A stretch of DNA of 64,000 nucleotides, from positions 1 through 64,000 of IMG/VR virus record IMGVR_UViG_3300023179_000044; one strand, written 5' to 3'. Below are positions 8,966 through 20,300 of the stretch, piece after piece. The notes below the pieces were generated by a model that had not been told where the DNA came from, made no database searches, and saw nothing but the letters and a program-made list of their open reading frames with translations. Numbering within the stretch: position 1 is the stretch's first letter; the number at the start of each line of letters is the position of its first letter. This stretch comes from a virus. The position numbers and the translations under genes are program-made.

Positions 8966-9955
8966 TTATTTAAATATTAATTTTAGTTTATTAACCGAGT
9001 CTTCTTTGCTCGGAATATTATTTTTATATGATTCTTTTTGTAGTTTAGCAATTTTTGCTATGCTATCGTTATTTTTATTTTCCAAGTCATAGCTAAGCAA
9101 TGACCATTCAGGGCCTAGCAAATGCGTAACTTTCCAATCAGAAAGAATAGCAGTTTCCGTATTTAAGGCTTGAATTAATCTATATGACCACCAGGTGCCA
9201 ACTCCACGCTCCTGAGGCGTAAAAATAAAAGCAAATGAGTTTTTTATAGAATCTAAAGCGTCTTTATCATTTATTTTTTTATTGTTTGATACAGGATATA
9301 TTGGTTTAGTAAGAAATTTTGATATTGAACTAATCCATGTCGATTTTGGATTATCTACGATCCAATTATTTCCTACAAAAATTTCACTATCAGTATCATT
9401 TAATAAAAATGAATCAAGATTTACTGGAACCAAACTATCTACACCATAAGATCCAAAGAATTTTTTATAGTTTTTTCCATCTGACCATGGTAAAGACGGA
9501 TATATTGTAGTTGGCCATTTTTGAGTTAATAATTTATTAACTCCAGAAATTATAGACTCTACTGATTCTTTTTTACTCGCAATAGAAAATTCTCTTCTTT
9601 TAGAATAAAAAGTATTAAACATACTAGAAGAATTTAATTTAATTGAATTAAATCCATGCTTATATTGCCACAGCTGAGGGTGGTCAACTACCATAACTAA
9701 TTTTGGAGAATTATATAAGACATCTATTATTCTTAAAGCACCATACAAATTATTAGCACTCATACTAGTAGGTGGTGTTAGTCCAACTACAACATAATCA
9801 TAATTAGAAAAATCTTCCTGAGTACAGTTTATAGTTGGAGTTTTCCACTCAACCGATGCAAAAATAGATACAGATTCAGCTAATGTCTTAAAAAATGTTA
9901 CATTTTTAGATGGTTTTGTATGGTGAGAAGACATTCCAGTAAATAGTATTTTCAT
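8966..9955 (-). CDS. GT-B fold glycosyltransferase, resembling T4 DNA beta-glucosyltransferase
   Basis: Start reassigned to ATG 9955 (RBS AAGGA; the longer listed start lies in a hairpin). MKILFTG...DYVVVG...VVD...SYRLIQAL...ILSD follows the GT-B/BGT layout. Confidence 0.55.
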   Translation of the reverse strand: MKILFTGMSSHHTKPSKNVTFFKTLAESVSIFASVEWKTPTINCTQEDFSNYDYVVVGLTPPTSMSANNLYGALRIIDVLYNSPKLVMVVDHPQLWQYKHGFNSIKLNSSSMFNTFYSKRREFSIASKKESVESIISGVNKLLTQKWPTTIYPSLPWSDGKNYKKFFGSYGVDSLVPVNLDSFLLNDTDSEIFVGNNWIVDNPKSTWISSISKFLTKPIYPVSNNKKINDKDALDSIKNSFAFIFTPQERGVGTWWSYRLIQALNTETAILSDWKVTHLLGPEWSLLSYDLENKNNDSIAKIAKLQKESYKNNIPSKEDSVNKLKLIFK

Positions 9956-9975
9956 ATTTTCCTTATCGTAGAAGC

Positions 9976-9998
9976 GGGGGATGCAATTAGCATCCCCC
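9976..9998 (-). terminator. hairpin terminator after SSB
   Basis: GGGGGATGC-AATTA-GCATCCCCC, a perfect 9-bp stem. Confidence 0.7.
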
Positions 9999-10016
9999 AC
10001 ATTTCATACTTAAGTA

Positions 10017-10556
10017 TTAAAACGGAGCAGAATCCGAATTAATAGGAGAAGCAGGTGCTGGAGCAGGGGCTGGTGCTGGAGCAGGAGCCGGAGCAGGAGC
10101 AGGTGCTGCATCTACAGGTGAAGCAACTGAACTAGATACAGCATCAGTACGAATAATGTGATACTGCTTAATTTCATTACTACGGTTGCCGTTATAGGTC
10201 TTAGTTCCAAGAGTTGCACGGAATGTACGACCAAATAGTGCTTGCTCGATCTGAGCATTGGTTGGGTTCTGATCAAAGTATGACTTACCCAAACCTAGGG
10301 CTGTCATCTTCATAAAGAACATACCAAGAGCCTTGCCGTTCTCTGGAGAGACGACTAGGTTATCCCAGACACGACGCTTTGCGTAAGGACCACCCTGAAC
10401 TTCAGTTGTGATCTTAAACATAGTCTTTCCAGTCTGGGTGACTGTTGCCTTTGAGTCGATTACTTTTAGTTCATAATCTCCATCTGGCATGGGTTCGAAG
10501 TTGGTCGTTGTTTCGCCAGCTTCTTTAATTAGATCGGACCAGTTGACTGATGTCAT
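10017..10556 (-). CDS. single-stranded DNA-binding protein (DUF669-like)
   Basis: FEPMPDGDY...GKTMFK...RRVWDNL...YNG..NEIK, then an (AP)n linker and C-terminal DSAPF. Lies downstream of the Sak4-like ATPase. Confidence 0.8.
   Translation of the reverse strand: MTSVNWSDLIKEAGETTTNFEPMPDGDYELKVIDSKATVTQTGKTMFKITTEVQGGPYAKRRVWDNLVVSPENGKALGMFFMKMTALGLGKSYFDQNPTNAQIEQALFGRTFRATLGTKTYNGNRSNEIKQYHIIRTDAVSSSVASPVDAAPAPAPAPAPAPAPAPAPASPINSDSAPF
10052..10110 (-). repeat. (Ala-Pro)n coding microrepeat in the SSB linker
   Basis: APAPAPAPAPAPAPAPAPA encoded by degenerate GCNCCN units. Confidence 0.85.
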
Positions 10557-10564
10557 AGTTGGTT

Positions 10565-11332
10565 CTAACCTTCTTTCTTTGTAGTTGATTGAGCCTTCTC
10601 TCCGAAGACCATGTCGAGCATACGTTCTACTCCTAAATCGCCCTGCTCAACAATTTTGCCGAGACGACCTTGGACACGCTCACCAGCTTCATATTCTGGA
10701 GTGCGTTCTACATACATACGACGAACCTTGTAAGGCGCTTGCATTGGATCAGGATTTGGAACCTGCTCCACTGTAATCGCTCCAAGAATGTCATAAAAGT
10801 ATGGAGCCTGAATTGCTAACTGACCCTGTAGATAAGGACGATATACACCATCCTGACCCTTACGAGCCATAGCAGTTAGTACTACAGCCTCAAGAGGCTG
10901 AGTAGGGTGCATCGTTAGGTCACGCAAGTCACGAAGAAGAGCACCCATGTGGCGAAGCAATTCTCCCCACTGTTGCATCTTCATCTGCTCGGTACCAGCG
11001 ATGTTGTCCATGCACTTAACCTGTAACTCAGAAATTGAGTCGATGATTAGTGATTTGAACTGGTGCTTTCCTGCTTGTAGCCACTGGAAAGCTTTAATAA
11101 CTACGTCATAATCATTTACCTTAACTACGACTGTGTCCCAAGTTCCGTCAGCCTTTGGAGGCTCTTCACGGATAGGGTCCCAATACTTTACATTAATAGG
11201 TAGAAAACGATGTCCACCTTCAACGTCGAGCATTAGGCGTGGATATGGTGCTGTGACAGCAAAGGTTGATTTACCAACCTTAGATTCGCCATAAACCATA
11301 ATGGTTAAACTGCGTTCTACGTCAGACATCAT
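10565..11332 (-). CDS. AAA_24 / Sak4-like recombination ATPase
   Basis: YGESKVGKS Walker A, LDVEGG, IIDSISE Walker B, QQWG. Lies between exonuclease and SSB. Confidence 0.85.
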   Translation of the reverse strand: MMSDVERSLTIMVYGESKVGKSTFAVTAPYPRLMLDVEGGHRFLPINVKYWDPIREEPPKADGTWDTVVVKVNDYDVVIKAFQWLQAGKHQFKSLIIDSISELQVKCMDNIAGTEQMKMQQWGELLRHMGALLRDLRDLTMHPTQPLEAVVLTAMARKGQDGVYRPYLQGQLAIQAPYFYDILGAITVEQVPNPDPMQAPYKVRRMYVERTPEYEAGERVQGRLGKIVEQGDLGVERMLDMVFGEKAQSTTKKEG

Positions 11333-12261
11333 TCACTTCCTTTTTTCTCTTCATTTGCGTAATAACCGTAAGGGTCGGCGACCTCAAACGCGTCGCTAAT
11401 CGCTGCTTCAGCTGCCGAACCATCGTCAACTAGCGGGCAAATAGCGAAGAATTGGCATTTCCATTTGCAGTCACGAGACGGCTTTGGATATGCAAGTTTA
11501 TAGTGACTTTCACCAGCATCAAGTCCATCACGAACTCTTAGCATGTCTTCAAGGGTTCCCTCTAAACGTTGCCAAAAAGAACGTAGTGCAAATGCATTAT
11601 GGCGAACTTCAATTTGACCATAAAAAGGTGGTTTAGCATATGCGCCACGCTTAACTTTTCTAAGCATGGTAAATACTCCACCCTCGGAACGCTCTCCATC
11701 TTTATTCTGAGCTTCTTCCAAAATCATATAGGTTAAAATTTGCTCATTCATATGTGCCGTAGAGCCAAAATCTGCAAATGATCCACCAACTGTTTTAAAA
11801 TCACGGAACATGCGAACTCCATCAATTTTACGACGGACTCGCATATCAATTTTTCCTTGAAGAATAACTTTTCCATCCATCATCGGTCTTTCAATAACTT
11901 CTTCAGTAGAAATCATTTCAAGTTCAGCATCAATACCTTCAATTTCAACCCATTCCAAGTAGCCCTCAAGCATTACTCGACCAAGTTCCGCTTCAGTTTC
12001 TAGTTCTGTGGTATCTCTATACTGGTCAGTTAAAGTTTTCATATCACGTTCAACAAGTTCAGTATGAGCATCAAGTAGTGGAATACCTTTTGAATAGTAC
12101 ATATCAAGTGCTTCATGGATACGAGATCCTAGTGCTAATGCACCAGTGTAATCTTTCATTTTTGGCTGTAGACGTCGATAGTAGGTAAACCACCAGCGAC
12201 GACGACAATCTTTGAATGTTTGAATTTCAGAGTTAGAAATTCTAATTGGTTCATTAGTCAT
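11329..12261 (-). CDS. PD-(D/E)xK Cas4/RecB-like exonuclease with Fe-S cysteines
   Basis: SNSEI..FKDC.R, GSRIHEAL, GKID...DFKT, C-terminal C-x3-C-x5-C. Confidence 0.88.
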   Translation of the reverse strand: MTNEPIRISNSEIQTFKDCRRRWWFTYYRRLQPKMKDYTGALALGSRIHEALDMYYSKGIPLLDAHTELVERDMKTLTDQYRDTTELETEAELGRVMLEGYLEWVEIEGIDAELEMISTEEVIERPMMDGKVILQGKIDMRVRRKIDGVRMFRDFKTVGGSFADFGSTAHMNEQILTYMILEEAQNKDGERSEGGVFTMLRKVKRGAYAKPPFYGQIEVRHNAFALRSFWQRLEGTLEDMLRVRDGLDAGESHYKLAYPKPSRDCKWKCQFFAICPLVDDGSAAEAAISDAFEVADPYGYYANEEKKGSE

Positions 12262-14057
12262 TATTTAATAACCTTACTTTCTTTTAGTATTTTTAGCAAT
12301 TGCTCTTTGTCACGAACAATTTGCTCAAAATTATCTGCTTTGGTATCAAGTGCCTGAATAACACGCTCTTCAATAGTGCCTTCCGTAACGTAGTCTGTAA
12401 TAATGACACAATCATGAATCTCAGATCCAATTCGGTGAACACGATCAAGTGCTTGCTTATAGTCAACAAGAGACCACGGTCTTTGTAGCATAACAAGTCT
12501 GCGAGCCGCTGTCAAAGTAACACCAACTCCACCCGCTTGTGCAGTAAAAAGAATCCACTTTGTACGCCCAGATTGAAAGTCATCAATTGCTTGTTGCCTT
12601 TCATCCTGGTCCTGAGCACCAGTAATTAAACCATGCTCTATTCCCTCTTTTGTTAGTCTTGCACTCAATAAATTGATTAATTGACGTGATACTGCGCAAA
12701 CTGCTACAGAATCATCTCCAAAATCACCATTTTTAATATCATCCATTAGAGCATCTACTTTACATGATGGGTCTGACAAAGTAACACTCTCTTGACCAGC
12801 ATCATCTATAGAGATTTCTGCATAAGAACTTGCAAATTGAAGAAGCCTTAGACTCTGAGTTAATGGATTTGCCGCAATGACAGAATCACCTGTTTCGAGC
12901 ATAGTAATCATATGTTCAAGCATTTGTTTATAAGCCTTTGCTTGTTTTATGCCCATTTCGACGTCACGACGTTCATTGATTACTTCAGGTAACCACGGCA
13001 AAACTCTAGACTTTAACATTCTACGCATACGTGGATTTATAGAAGCATAAAATTCTTGCTCCATATGAGGTTTTACACCAAGAACCATCATTCCACCAAA
13101 AGCGTTAATCATGGTATCAATCATTCGGTCAATCCACTTTGTTTTACTAGGCCATTCTTTTGGCTCTAACCAGTGAAGAATTGGCCATAAATCGATAACG
13201 TTATTAGCAATAGGAGTTCCAGTAAGAGCAAATCTAATATCTGCATTCCCGGTGGCGGACCATAAGGCTCTAGTTTGTTTAGATTTAGGATCTTTTGAAC
13301 GATGAATTTCATCGGCAACTACCGACTTAAACTCAATTTCATTTAACTCCCTTGGGTGAACTTCACACCTAGCGGGGGTAATTCTAGAATCGTGTCCCTT
13401 ACAATCTATACAACGAGCTAAAGCAATTGATCCATATGAAGAGAGCCTTGAGTGGGTACGAAGTGACTCCCAGTTAATTACAATTACATCTGACTGCTGA
13501 TCAAACTGAGCACGCCGCTGAGTAGCAGAGCCATTAATAACAGTTACATTAACTCCAGGCCACCACTTATCAAACTCGCGCTCCCAGTTCTTTTTAAGTG
13601 TATTTGGGCACACAATTAGTGCTGGAAAAACTTGTTCACCATTATCATGCAACCGCTTCAATGATCTAATTGCCTGAGCGGTTTTACCAAGCCCGGGTTC
13701 ATCAGCAAGCAAAGCACGACGGGCAGTAGCTAAAAAATCAACTCCAGCACGCTGATGCGGAAATAAATCGGAATCTCCAATATCTTGAACATCAATATCA
13801 CGAAGGGCGTTAGATGGATCAATTCTTGTGACTTTTTCATTAGATGCCCAGGCAGACAACCTAGGACCAATTTCTAAGTCAGATTTAAATGTTGACCGTA
13901 GAGCCAAGCAACCTCCCCAGGAAAGAGGAATACGCCATACTGATGTTTTAGTGTCCCAGGAAGCTCCTGGAAGGCTTTTACAGAGCTCTTTTAGACGCCA
14001 TTCAGCATTAATAACAATGCTGGTACCATCCAAATCGAGATCTACAAATACTGTCAT
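12261..14057 (-). CDS. SNF2-family DNA helicase
   Basis: ADEPGLGKT, DEIH, LTGTP, GGVGVTLT, QALDRVHRIG. HARP-like N-terminus and a CxxC..C..H insertion. Confidence 0.92.
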   Translation of the reverse strand: MTVFVDLDLDGTSIVINAEWRLKELCKSLPGASWDTKTSVWRIPLSWGGCLALRSTFKSDLEIGPRLSAWASNEKVTRIDPSNALRDIDVQDIGDSDLFPHQRAGVDFLATARRALLADEPGLGKTAQAIRSLKRLHDNGEQVFPALIVCPNTLKKNWEREFDKWWPGVNVTVINGSATQRRAQFDQQSDVIVINWESLRTHSRLSSYGSIALARCIDCKGHDSRITPARCEVHPRELNEIEFKSVVADEIHRSKDPKSKQTRALWSATGNADIRFALTGTPIANNVIDLWPILHWLEPKEWPSKTKWIDRMIDTMINAFGGMMVLGVKPHMEQEFYASINPRMRRMLKSRVLPWLPEVINERRDVEMGIKQAKAYKQMLEHMITMLETGDSVIAANPLTQSLRLLQFASSYAEISIDDAGQESVTLSDPSCKVDALMDDIKNGDFGDDSVAVCAVSRQLINLLSARLTKEGIEHGLITGAQDQDERQQAIDDFQSGRTKWILFTAQAGGVGVTLTAARRLVMLQRPWSLVDYKQALDRVHRIGSEIHDCVIITDYVTEGTIEERVIQALDTKADNFEQIVRDKEQLLKILKESKVIK

Positions 14058-14084
14058 TTTATTCCTTTGTCATTTTGTATATAC

Positions 14085-14129
14085 ATATTAGCAGAAAAAA
14101 AGTCTGTTGTGTTAATTTTTTGCTAATAT
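14085..14129. promoter_or_regulatory. inverted repeat between the RuvC-like and helicase genes
   Basis: ATATTAGCA(14085-93)/TGCTAATAT(14121-29). Each arm reads as an extended -10 (TGnTAATAT) on its own strand. Confidence 0.45.
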
Positions 14130-14131
14130 TT

Positions 14132-14602
14132 TTATTCTTTTAATAAGTTTATCGGTTTCCAGCCAGTTTTGACAAATCTTAGCAGACCATGACGTATAGC
14201 GTCAAGTGCGTGACCTTCTCCGCCTTTATGCCAATATCCAAGAGATTTTAATGCTGGATTTGGAAATAAAGCTTTGGCATCAGCGGGCGACTGAAGATAT
14301 AAATCATCTGGTTTCATCCCTAAATCAATCATGCACTGTTTTAATATACCTATCTGCTCAAGAGAATATGGCGATTGAGAGTTTTTCACAGTTTGAGCAT
14401 TTATTGTAAATCTTTCACATACTATTTCAATTGGTATTCCTTGCATAACTGCATCAGCTAGAGCTTTTCTAATAGGAACAGCATATTCTTCTTGCTGATA
14501 TTCACCGGACCACAATAATTCTGGATCTTTACCGTTCTCTTTTATAAAAAAAGCAATTCCGCTTGCTTTTCCAGGATCAATAGATAAAACAAATTTAGAC
14601 AT
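14132..14602 (-). CDS. RuvC-like Holliday junction resolvase
   Basis: LSIDPG, IVCERF and HALDAIRH acidic catalytic pattern. Start set at ATG 14602. Confidence 0.75.
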   Translation of the reverse strand: MSKFVLSIDPGKASGIAFFIKENGKDPELLWSGEYQQEEYAVPIRKALADAVMQGIPIEIVCERFTINAQTVKNSQSPYSLEQIGILKQCMIDLGMKPDDLYLQSPADAKALFPNPALKSLGYWHKGGEGHALDAIRHGLLRFVKTGWKPINLLKE

Positions 14603-16412
14603 ATTTTGCTCCCCAGTTTTCAAGCGGGCCATCAACATCAGCAGTTAAAGGAACTGCCCACCCATCTCTAGTAGTCATACATTCCTTAACTAGTTGTTTA
14701 ATTTCTTCTGCATTTTTTCGTGGTGCATTTAACACAATTTCATCGTGTACAGGGACAATAAGAAGCTCGGTAAGGTCTGCTTGGTCAAGTTTAATTAGGT
14801 TTGATTTAAAGATTTCAGCCGCACCACCTTGAATTAGATAGTTAACCAAAGTATAGACACGGTCTTCATCACAAGGTAAGCGACGACCAGTCCAAGTGTT
14901 TACATACCCCTGACCCTCTCCACGAAGACGACGCATTCCAATATCTTCAACTTGTTTTTGAAATCCAATCATTCCAGGAAAACGTCTGTCAAACTCATTT
15001 GATACAGAGCGCATTTGATCTTCTGGTACACCTGCAGTAAGAGCCTGCTTAGCAACACCAGCACCATAGAGACGACCGTAAACCACACCCTTGATAAGAC
15101 CACGACGCTTGTCGGATTTCTGCATAGTCGGGTCCTGGTAAATCTCACGACCAATTTCGGTAAATGGGTCTGAGCCAGTTGCATCTGCAAGATTAAATAG
15201 ATTGATTAAGTTCGGATCTTGAGATAGGGACGCAAACATACGAAACTCAACTTGGTCTAAGTCAGAAGTAATAATCACATGGTCATCGTCTTTAGGTAAG
15301 AACGCACGACGAACTGTGTCATCACCCTTAGGTAAAGTCTGTAAAGCAGGATTTTGAATTGACATACGTCCAGTACGAGCACCAAGAGTCTTAACCGACG
15401 GATGAACAAAGCCATTAACATTGTCATTAATAAAATTAGAAAAGTAGGTAGATGCAAGTTTGTCTGCTTTACGCTGCTTTAAAGCAACATCAGCAAGTTG
15501 TTGTATTTCTGGAGTGCCATCACGAAGTAGAAGTTTTAATTGATCAGCAGATGCAGATTTAGCACCAGATGGTGTTGTCTCAGTAATTAAGGCACCTAAG
15601 GCTTCAAATTGACGAACCAGTTGAGCATTACTTGTAATAGCAATTCCATAAGTAGATTTTGCCCAGTCTTTTACTTGCTCGGTATAATCAACTAATTCTT
15701 GATATTTATGTTTAGAATAATCAAGATCCAAACGAGCACCGTTGAGTTCCATTCGAGTAACTATACGACGAGTGTTCATTTCCAGTTCATATGCTTTTGC
15801 ATATGGTTTTCCAGGACCACACTTATCCCAAAACATTTCCCATAATCTCATAGTTAATACAGGATCTAATGCACCATACGCCCAGTAAGGTTCAAATGTA
15901 ATTGGTACAGTTCCCCATGTCCAACCATTTTTTGCTAAACCTATATCTAAACTATCTTGCAATCTAGCTGCATTTGCATCAACATACTGAGATGTAAGTT
16001 TCTTTAAAGCTCCTGAACCGAGTGGATCAATTAAGTGAGCCATAATCATAGTGTCATGCGCTCTATGCCAGGGCATTCTCCAACGTGATTGAATTTCGAA
16101 CCAACGTGCTTCAAATGCTATGTTGTGGCAAACAATTGGACCATCAAATTTATCCATCGCTTCATAAAAAACGCCAGACCATTCGTTCCATGGAATAGAC
16201 CATCCGGTCATTCCGTCTCCAACTTGAACCAATCTAAGTTGTCCATGCCAAGGAGATAAAGCATCTTCACGCTTTCCGCCGGGCAACTCTCCGGTTTCAG
16301 TGTCTATTGCAATTGCATTATGTGGTCTACGTTCACCTAACCAAGAAATAAATTGGTTAGCTTTTTCAACGCTGTCAACTAATTCTAGTTTTACACCTTG
16401 TAAATTTGTCAT
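14595..16412 (-). CDS. polA: family A DNA polymerase (3'-5' exonuclease + polymerase)
   Basis: IDTETG, HNIAFE, HDTM, YGALD; TGRMS; motif A SDLDQVEFR, motif B RRGLIKGVVYGRLYG, motif C VHDEI. Confidence 0.95.
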   Translation of the reverse strand: MTNLQGVKLELVDSVEKANQFISWLGERRPHNAIAIDTETGELPGGKREDALSPWHGQLRLVQVGDGMTGWSIPWNEWSGVFYEAMDKFDGPIVCHNIAFEARWFEIQSRWRMPWHRAHDTMIMAHLIDPLGSGALKKLTSQYVDANAARLQDSLDIGLAKNGWTWGTVPITFEPYWAYGALDPVLTMRLWEMFWDKCGPGKPYAKAYELEMNTRRIVTRMELNGARLDLDYSKHKYQELVDYTEQVKDWAKSTYGIAITSNAQLVRQFEALGALITETTPSGAKSASADQLKLLLRDGTPEIQQLADVALKQRKADKLASTYFSNFINDNVNGFVHPSVKTLGARTGRMSIQNPALQTLPKGDDTVRRAFLPKDDDHVIITSDLDQVEFRMFASLSQDPNLINLFNLADATGSDPFTEIGREIYQDPTMQKSDKRRGLIKGVVYGRLYGAGVAKQALTAGVPEDQMRSVSNEFDRRFPGMIGFQKQVEDIGMRRLRGEGQGYVNTWTGRRLPCDEDRVYTLVNYLIQGGAAEIFKSNLIKLDQADLTELLIVPVHDEIVLNAPRKNAEEIKQLVKECMTTRDGWAVPLTADVDGPLENWGAKYV

Positions 16413-16450
16413 TTTTGTCTTTCGTATTTATTAGTAGTATGGTACTACAA

Positions 16451-16921
16451 TTATTCAATTATTTCAAATTTATACACTTCTGCAATTTCTTTATCTTTTT
16501 TAGCAGACTCTTCCAGCAACCGCTGAGCTACATTAGTCAAATACCTAGCACCATTATTATCATATTTATATAAGGCGTCTAAAACAGCCGAAGCTTGGTC
16601 GCTAACCTGAGCCCAATATCTATTTTTTTCTGGAAATACTAAATCTATGCTAGTATCGGGTAAGCATCTTTCGCAAGGAATACTCTTTAAAGTAAGATCT
16701 TTTGTTGGCATATCTTGTAAATTGTAAGTTGAAACAAGCTCGCAAGCAGCTCCATGGTATATTACGGATACACCAACTCTTGATAGCACATACTGACCAC
16801 TAACTGTTTTATAGAGTTTAAACTCTATCCACCTAGTAGATCCAGATCTGTATGATGTCGAACTGCCTAGCAACTCGCCATCGACATATAAAGTGCGGTT
16901 GCCGTCTTTAACGGCTATCAT
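16451..16921 (-). CDS. hypothetical protein
   Basis: 156-aa ORF with RWIEFKLYKT..GQYV and H/C residues. Coupled to the upstream gene. Confidence 0.7.
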   Translation of the reverse strand: MIAVKDGNRTLYVDGELLGSSTSYRSGSTRWIEFKLYKTVSGQYVLSRVGVSVIYHGAACELVSTYNLQDMPTKDLTLKSIPCERCLPDTSIDLVFPEKNRYWAQVSDQASAVLDALYKYDNNGARYLTNVAQRLLEESAKKDKEIAEVYKFEIIE

Positions 16922-17131
16922 TTATTTCTTCTTTTCTTCTACCTGAGCGTCAGAATCATTTTTCTTTGTAAGAAGTTCTGCCACCTTGGCCTCTAATTGA
17001 GCAGTTTTATTTCTTTCCATAACCAAAAGAGCCTCTAGTTCAGTTGCTAGACTCATTGACTTTGAAAGTTGATCCCTTGTAATAGCAAGAACATTGTTAT
17101 AAATTTCTTGATTTTCATTGTTTTCAGACAT
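16922..17131 (-). CDS. small coiled-coil protein
   Basis: RBS AGGAG. Heptad repeat. Confidence 0.7.
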   Translation of the reverse strand: MSENNENQEIYNNVLAITRDQLSKSMSLATELEALLVMERNKTAQLEAKVAELLTKKNDSDAQVEEKKK

Positions 17132-17177
17132 AATTTTCTCCTATGATGTTTGTCTTACGTGTAATTTTATTTTAGCA

Positions 17178-17309
17178 TTAATTTCTACTAAGTAAGTCTT
17201 GAAGCGCTTCTTCATAAGTAAAATAACGAGCTATTTCTTTTTTAGTTAGCTTGTTAAATACCATAAATATGGTAGTATCACCATCTACAACGCTAATTAT
17301 TTTATACAT
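17178..17309 (-). CDS. small hypothetical protein (43 aa, MYKIISVVDG...LQDLLSRN); not in the ORF track
   Basis: TAATG overlap with the tail-fibre stop. Fills the intergenic gap. Confidence 0.55.
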   Translation of the reverse strand: MYKIISVVDGDTTIFMVFNKLTKKEIARYFTYEEALQDLLSRN

Positions 17310-20300
17310 TATTTACCTTCTAGTAAAGAAACTCTATTTTTTAGATCATTTATTTTTTGAGCTTGATCCCTTACAACGGCCTGCAAAGCAATTACATATC
17401 TAGAATATTGAATTGATTCTGGAACACCATTTTCATCATATCCGACAAAATTAGTTAATCCAGCTTCATCTAAATCTTCTGCAATAAATCCAACATGAAT
17501 TGAATCTTGATTTTCAGTTTCATGTAATATACCAGAATTATATTTAAAGATTACTGGCTGAATAGTTAGTATTTTTTCTACATCTAAATTTAATGGAGTA
17601 ATTTGATGCTTAAATCTTTTAGAAGACGCACTATTATACCCAATAACTCCGCTTGAATTGACAAAAACATCTCTACCAGATACGCTTGAGTTATACACAC
17701 CTAGACTAATAACGCTTGATGAAGTAGTATTTCCAATAATAATATTGGAGTTTGCTGTGTTTGCAATATTAACATCTCCACCAAGTCTATTTATATATAT
17801 ATCATTTCCATTATTAGCAGCAGTTACACCCTGAATATCATTAGTATCAATTCTTAAATGGACTTGACCAGTATTTCCAACTTGGAAAGCATGATTAGTA
17901 GAAGTTAAAGTCATTCCAGTATTAGACGTCACCCTGAGTATTGATGCACTAACAACAGATGTTGTATTTCCAATACTTACATTTGCTCCAGATGTATTTA
18001 AATATAAAGTAGATGCAGAGCCATTATTTATTGCCTGAATTTCATTTGAATCCATTCTTAAGTTATTAGAATCGCTAGAACCAATTTGAAATGCGTGAGC
18101 AGTGCTAATAGTGCTCACATCCGTTTGTGAAGTTAATCTAATTGTATTAGCAGTGACAGTGCCGTTTGAAGTATAAATATCACCCTTAAATGTATAAATG
18201 TCACCTTCAGAAGTTCTAATATTTCCTTTAGAAGTAAGAATAGAACTTGAAGAATATAAAGTTCCTTTTACTGAAATATTATTATAAAATCTAACTGGAA
18301 TATAAAACGATGCAGCACTAGAATTAAATAAAACAGAAGAAAATGCTTCATTTGTTGGATAAGAAGTACTACTATTCCAAGAAAAAGTATCACTTGATAG
18401 ATATAATTTTGTTTGATTGGCTAAACTGTCATAAACTCCACCTATAAATGCACCTTTTCTAGAACTTTCATTACCGCTAGAAATTGATATATTTCTACTC
18501 AAAGCAGAAATTTCAAAACTTGATGACCTCTCCCCAACTATTGTTTTATAAGCAGAACTTATGTTTTTATAATAAGAATTATCTAATGAATACTCATACT
18601 GTCCACCACTTAGCGTGGTGACTTCTGGAGTTTGCTCTGATAAAGTTATATAACGATTTACATCATCATATACGCCAATAGATGGTTTTTCTTTTAATGA
18701 TTTAGTGAAAGAAGCGGGTCTAAATTTTAAATAATCAAAATTATCTAAAAACGCTGATTGAGTAGTTAGATCTATAGATAGCCACTGTTTAGTGCCCTCT
18801 ACGGAAGCTTGAGCCGGATCATAGCTTATAGAATCGTTTGTTGTTGCAACCCATCTATATAAACTTCCGCTATTTCCATAAAAAAACATATTTGTAGTAG
18901 AAACATATAAATCATCTAAAATATATCCACTATTGTTTAATTTTGTTGTAGGACTGGAAACAACACCATTTCCATCATGTAAATTCAACCAGCCAGGAAA
19001 ATCAATATATACTGCAGCGGCATTTACATAATTTGAATTATCAGATAAAGAATAAGCAGTTGAGAGCTTATTTGCGCTAATTACTATTTCATTTGTCTGC
19101 GACATCGATGGAACTTTGACAGTTGTATCTAGTTTTCCAAGCATATAAGAGTTTGCTTTAGATATTAAATATTTATTTGTTCCAGAATCCCATTCAGCTT
19201 TAGTTATATCAGATAAAACATTGTATATAGGAGTTGTATTATTATTTGGATAACGAATACGAATAGATGATAAATCTAATGCTGTTTCATAAACTTTATA
19301 TACATTTTTATTTCTACCAGAATTAGAATTAAGAGTATACTGACCAACATCCACTGAAGAAAAATCAGATGGAACATAAAAAATACCAGAAGTTAGACCG
19401 TAAGATAAAACTTTATATGTATAACCTGATGTACCATCAGCAATAGTATGCGGTAAATAATAATTTAAAATTTCACCAAAATTTGAATCATAATACCATG
19501 CATCAAAATCTAAAAATACAACATCATTTGCACTTATTCCATGAGAAGAAGATGTTATTTTTAGTAAGCCAACTTCAGCATTATTTGCAGTACTAGAGGT
19601 TGCCGATACTCCACTAGTTCCATTAGACAAAACTGTTATTGATGTGCTATTTGCTGAAGTAATAAGGGAGTTTATTACATTGCATCTAGAGTCAGAAAAT
19701 CCAGTTACTGATATTACCTCTCCGGCTTCGAATGGCAATCCAGTGCCAGTATAAGTTACTGTAGTTGCATTAGATGTAGCTGATGTTAGATTTCCATAAA
19801 TTTTTTCCCCATCTACTCTAGTTACAGTAGTGTTTGGAGTACTAAAAGTTGGATAAACTTTAAAACCAAGATATAAGTTTTTATTATTTACATAAAGAGT
19901 ATAAGATTTACCAGCACTATAATCTAATGTTCCAGAAAAATATGTAGAAACATTTGAAGTCCATGTAATATTAGCTCCATATTTAGTTGAAGCATTGTAG
20001 TAAATATTGGAACTGGCTGTAAAATCATATTGATTAAATGCAAGTCCAGATCCGACAGACCATGAAACATTGCTGTATGTAATTACATTTGATGATGATT
20101 TATATTCAAAACTTGGATTTTGAATTATATTTATGTCTTCTGCAGAAACATAAGCAACTCCAGAATTTGAAAAATATCCATAATCAAATTCTTTTTTAGA
20201 GTAATCAGTTAAATACAATCCCGCTACATCAGAATTATACAGCTGGGCATACCCAACGGTTGATTCCAATATAACATTACTCCCTATATTGTCATAACTA

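Noticed and set aside
11329-12261. Cas4-like nuclease as a sign of a CRISPR system
   Set aside because: No repeat-spacer array or other cas genes. Its context (Sak4-like ATPase, SSB) is a standard phage recombination module.
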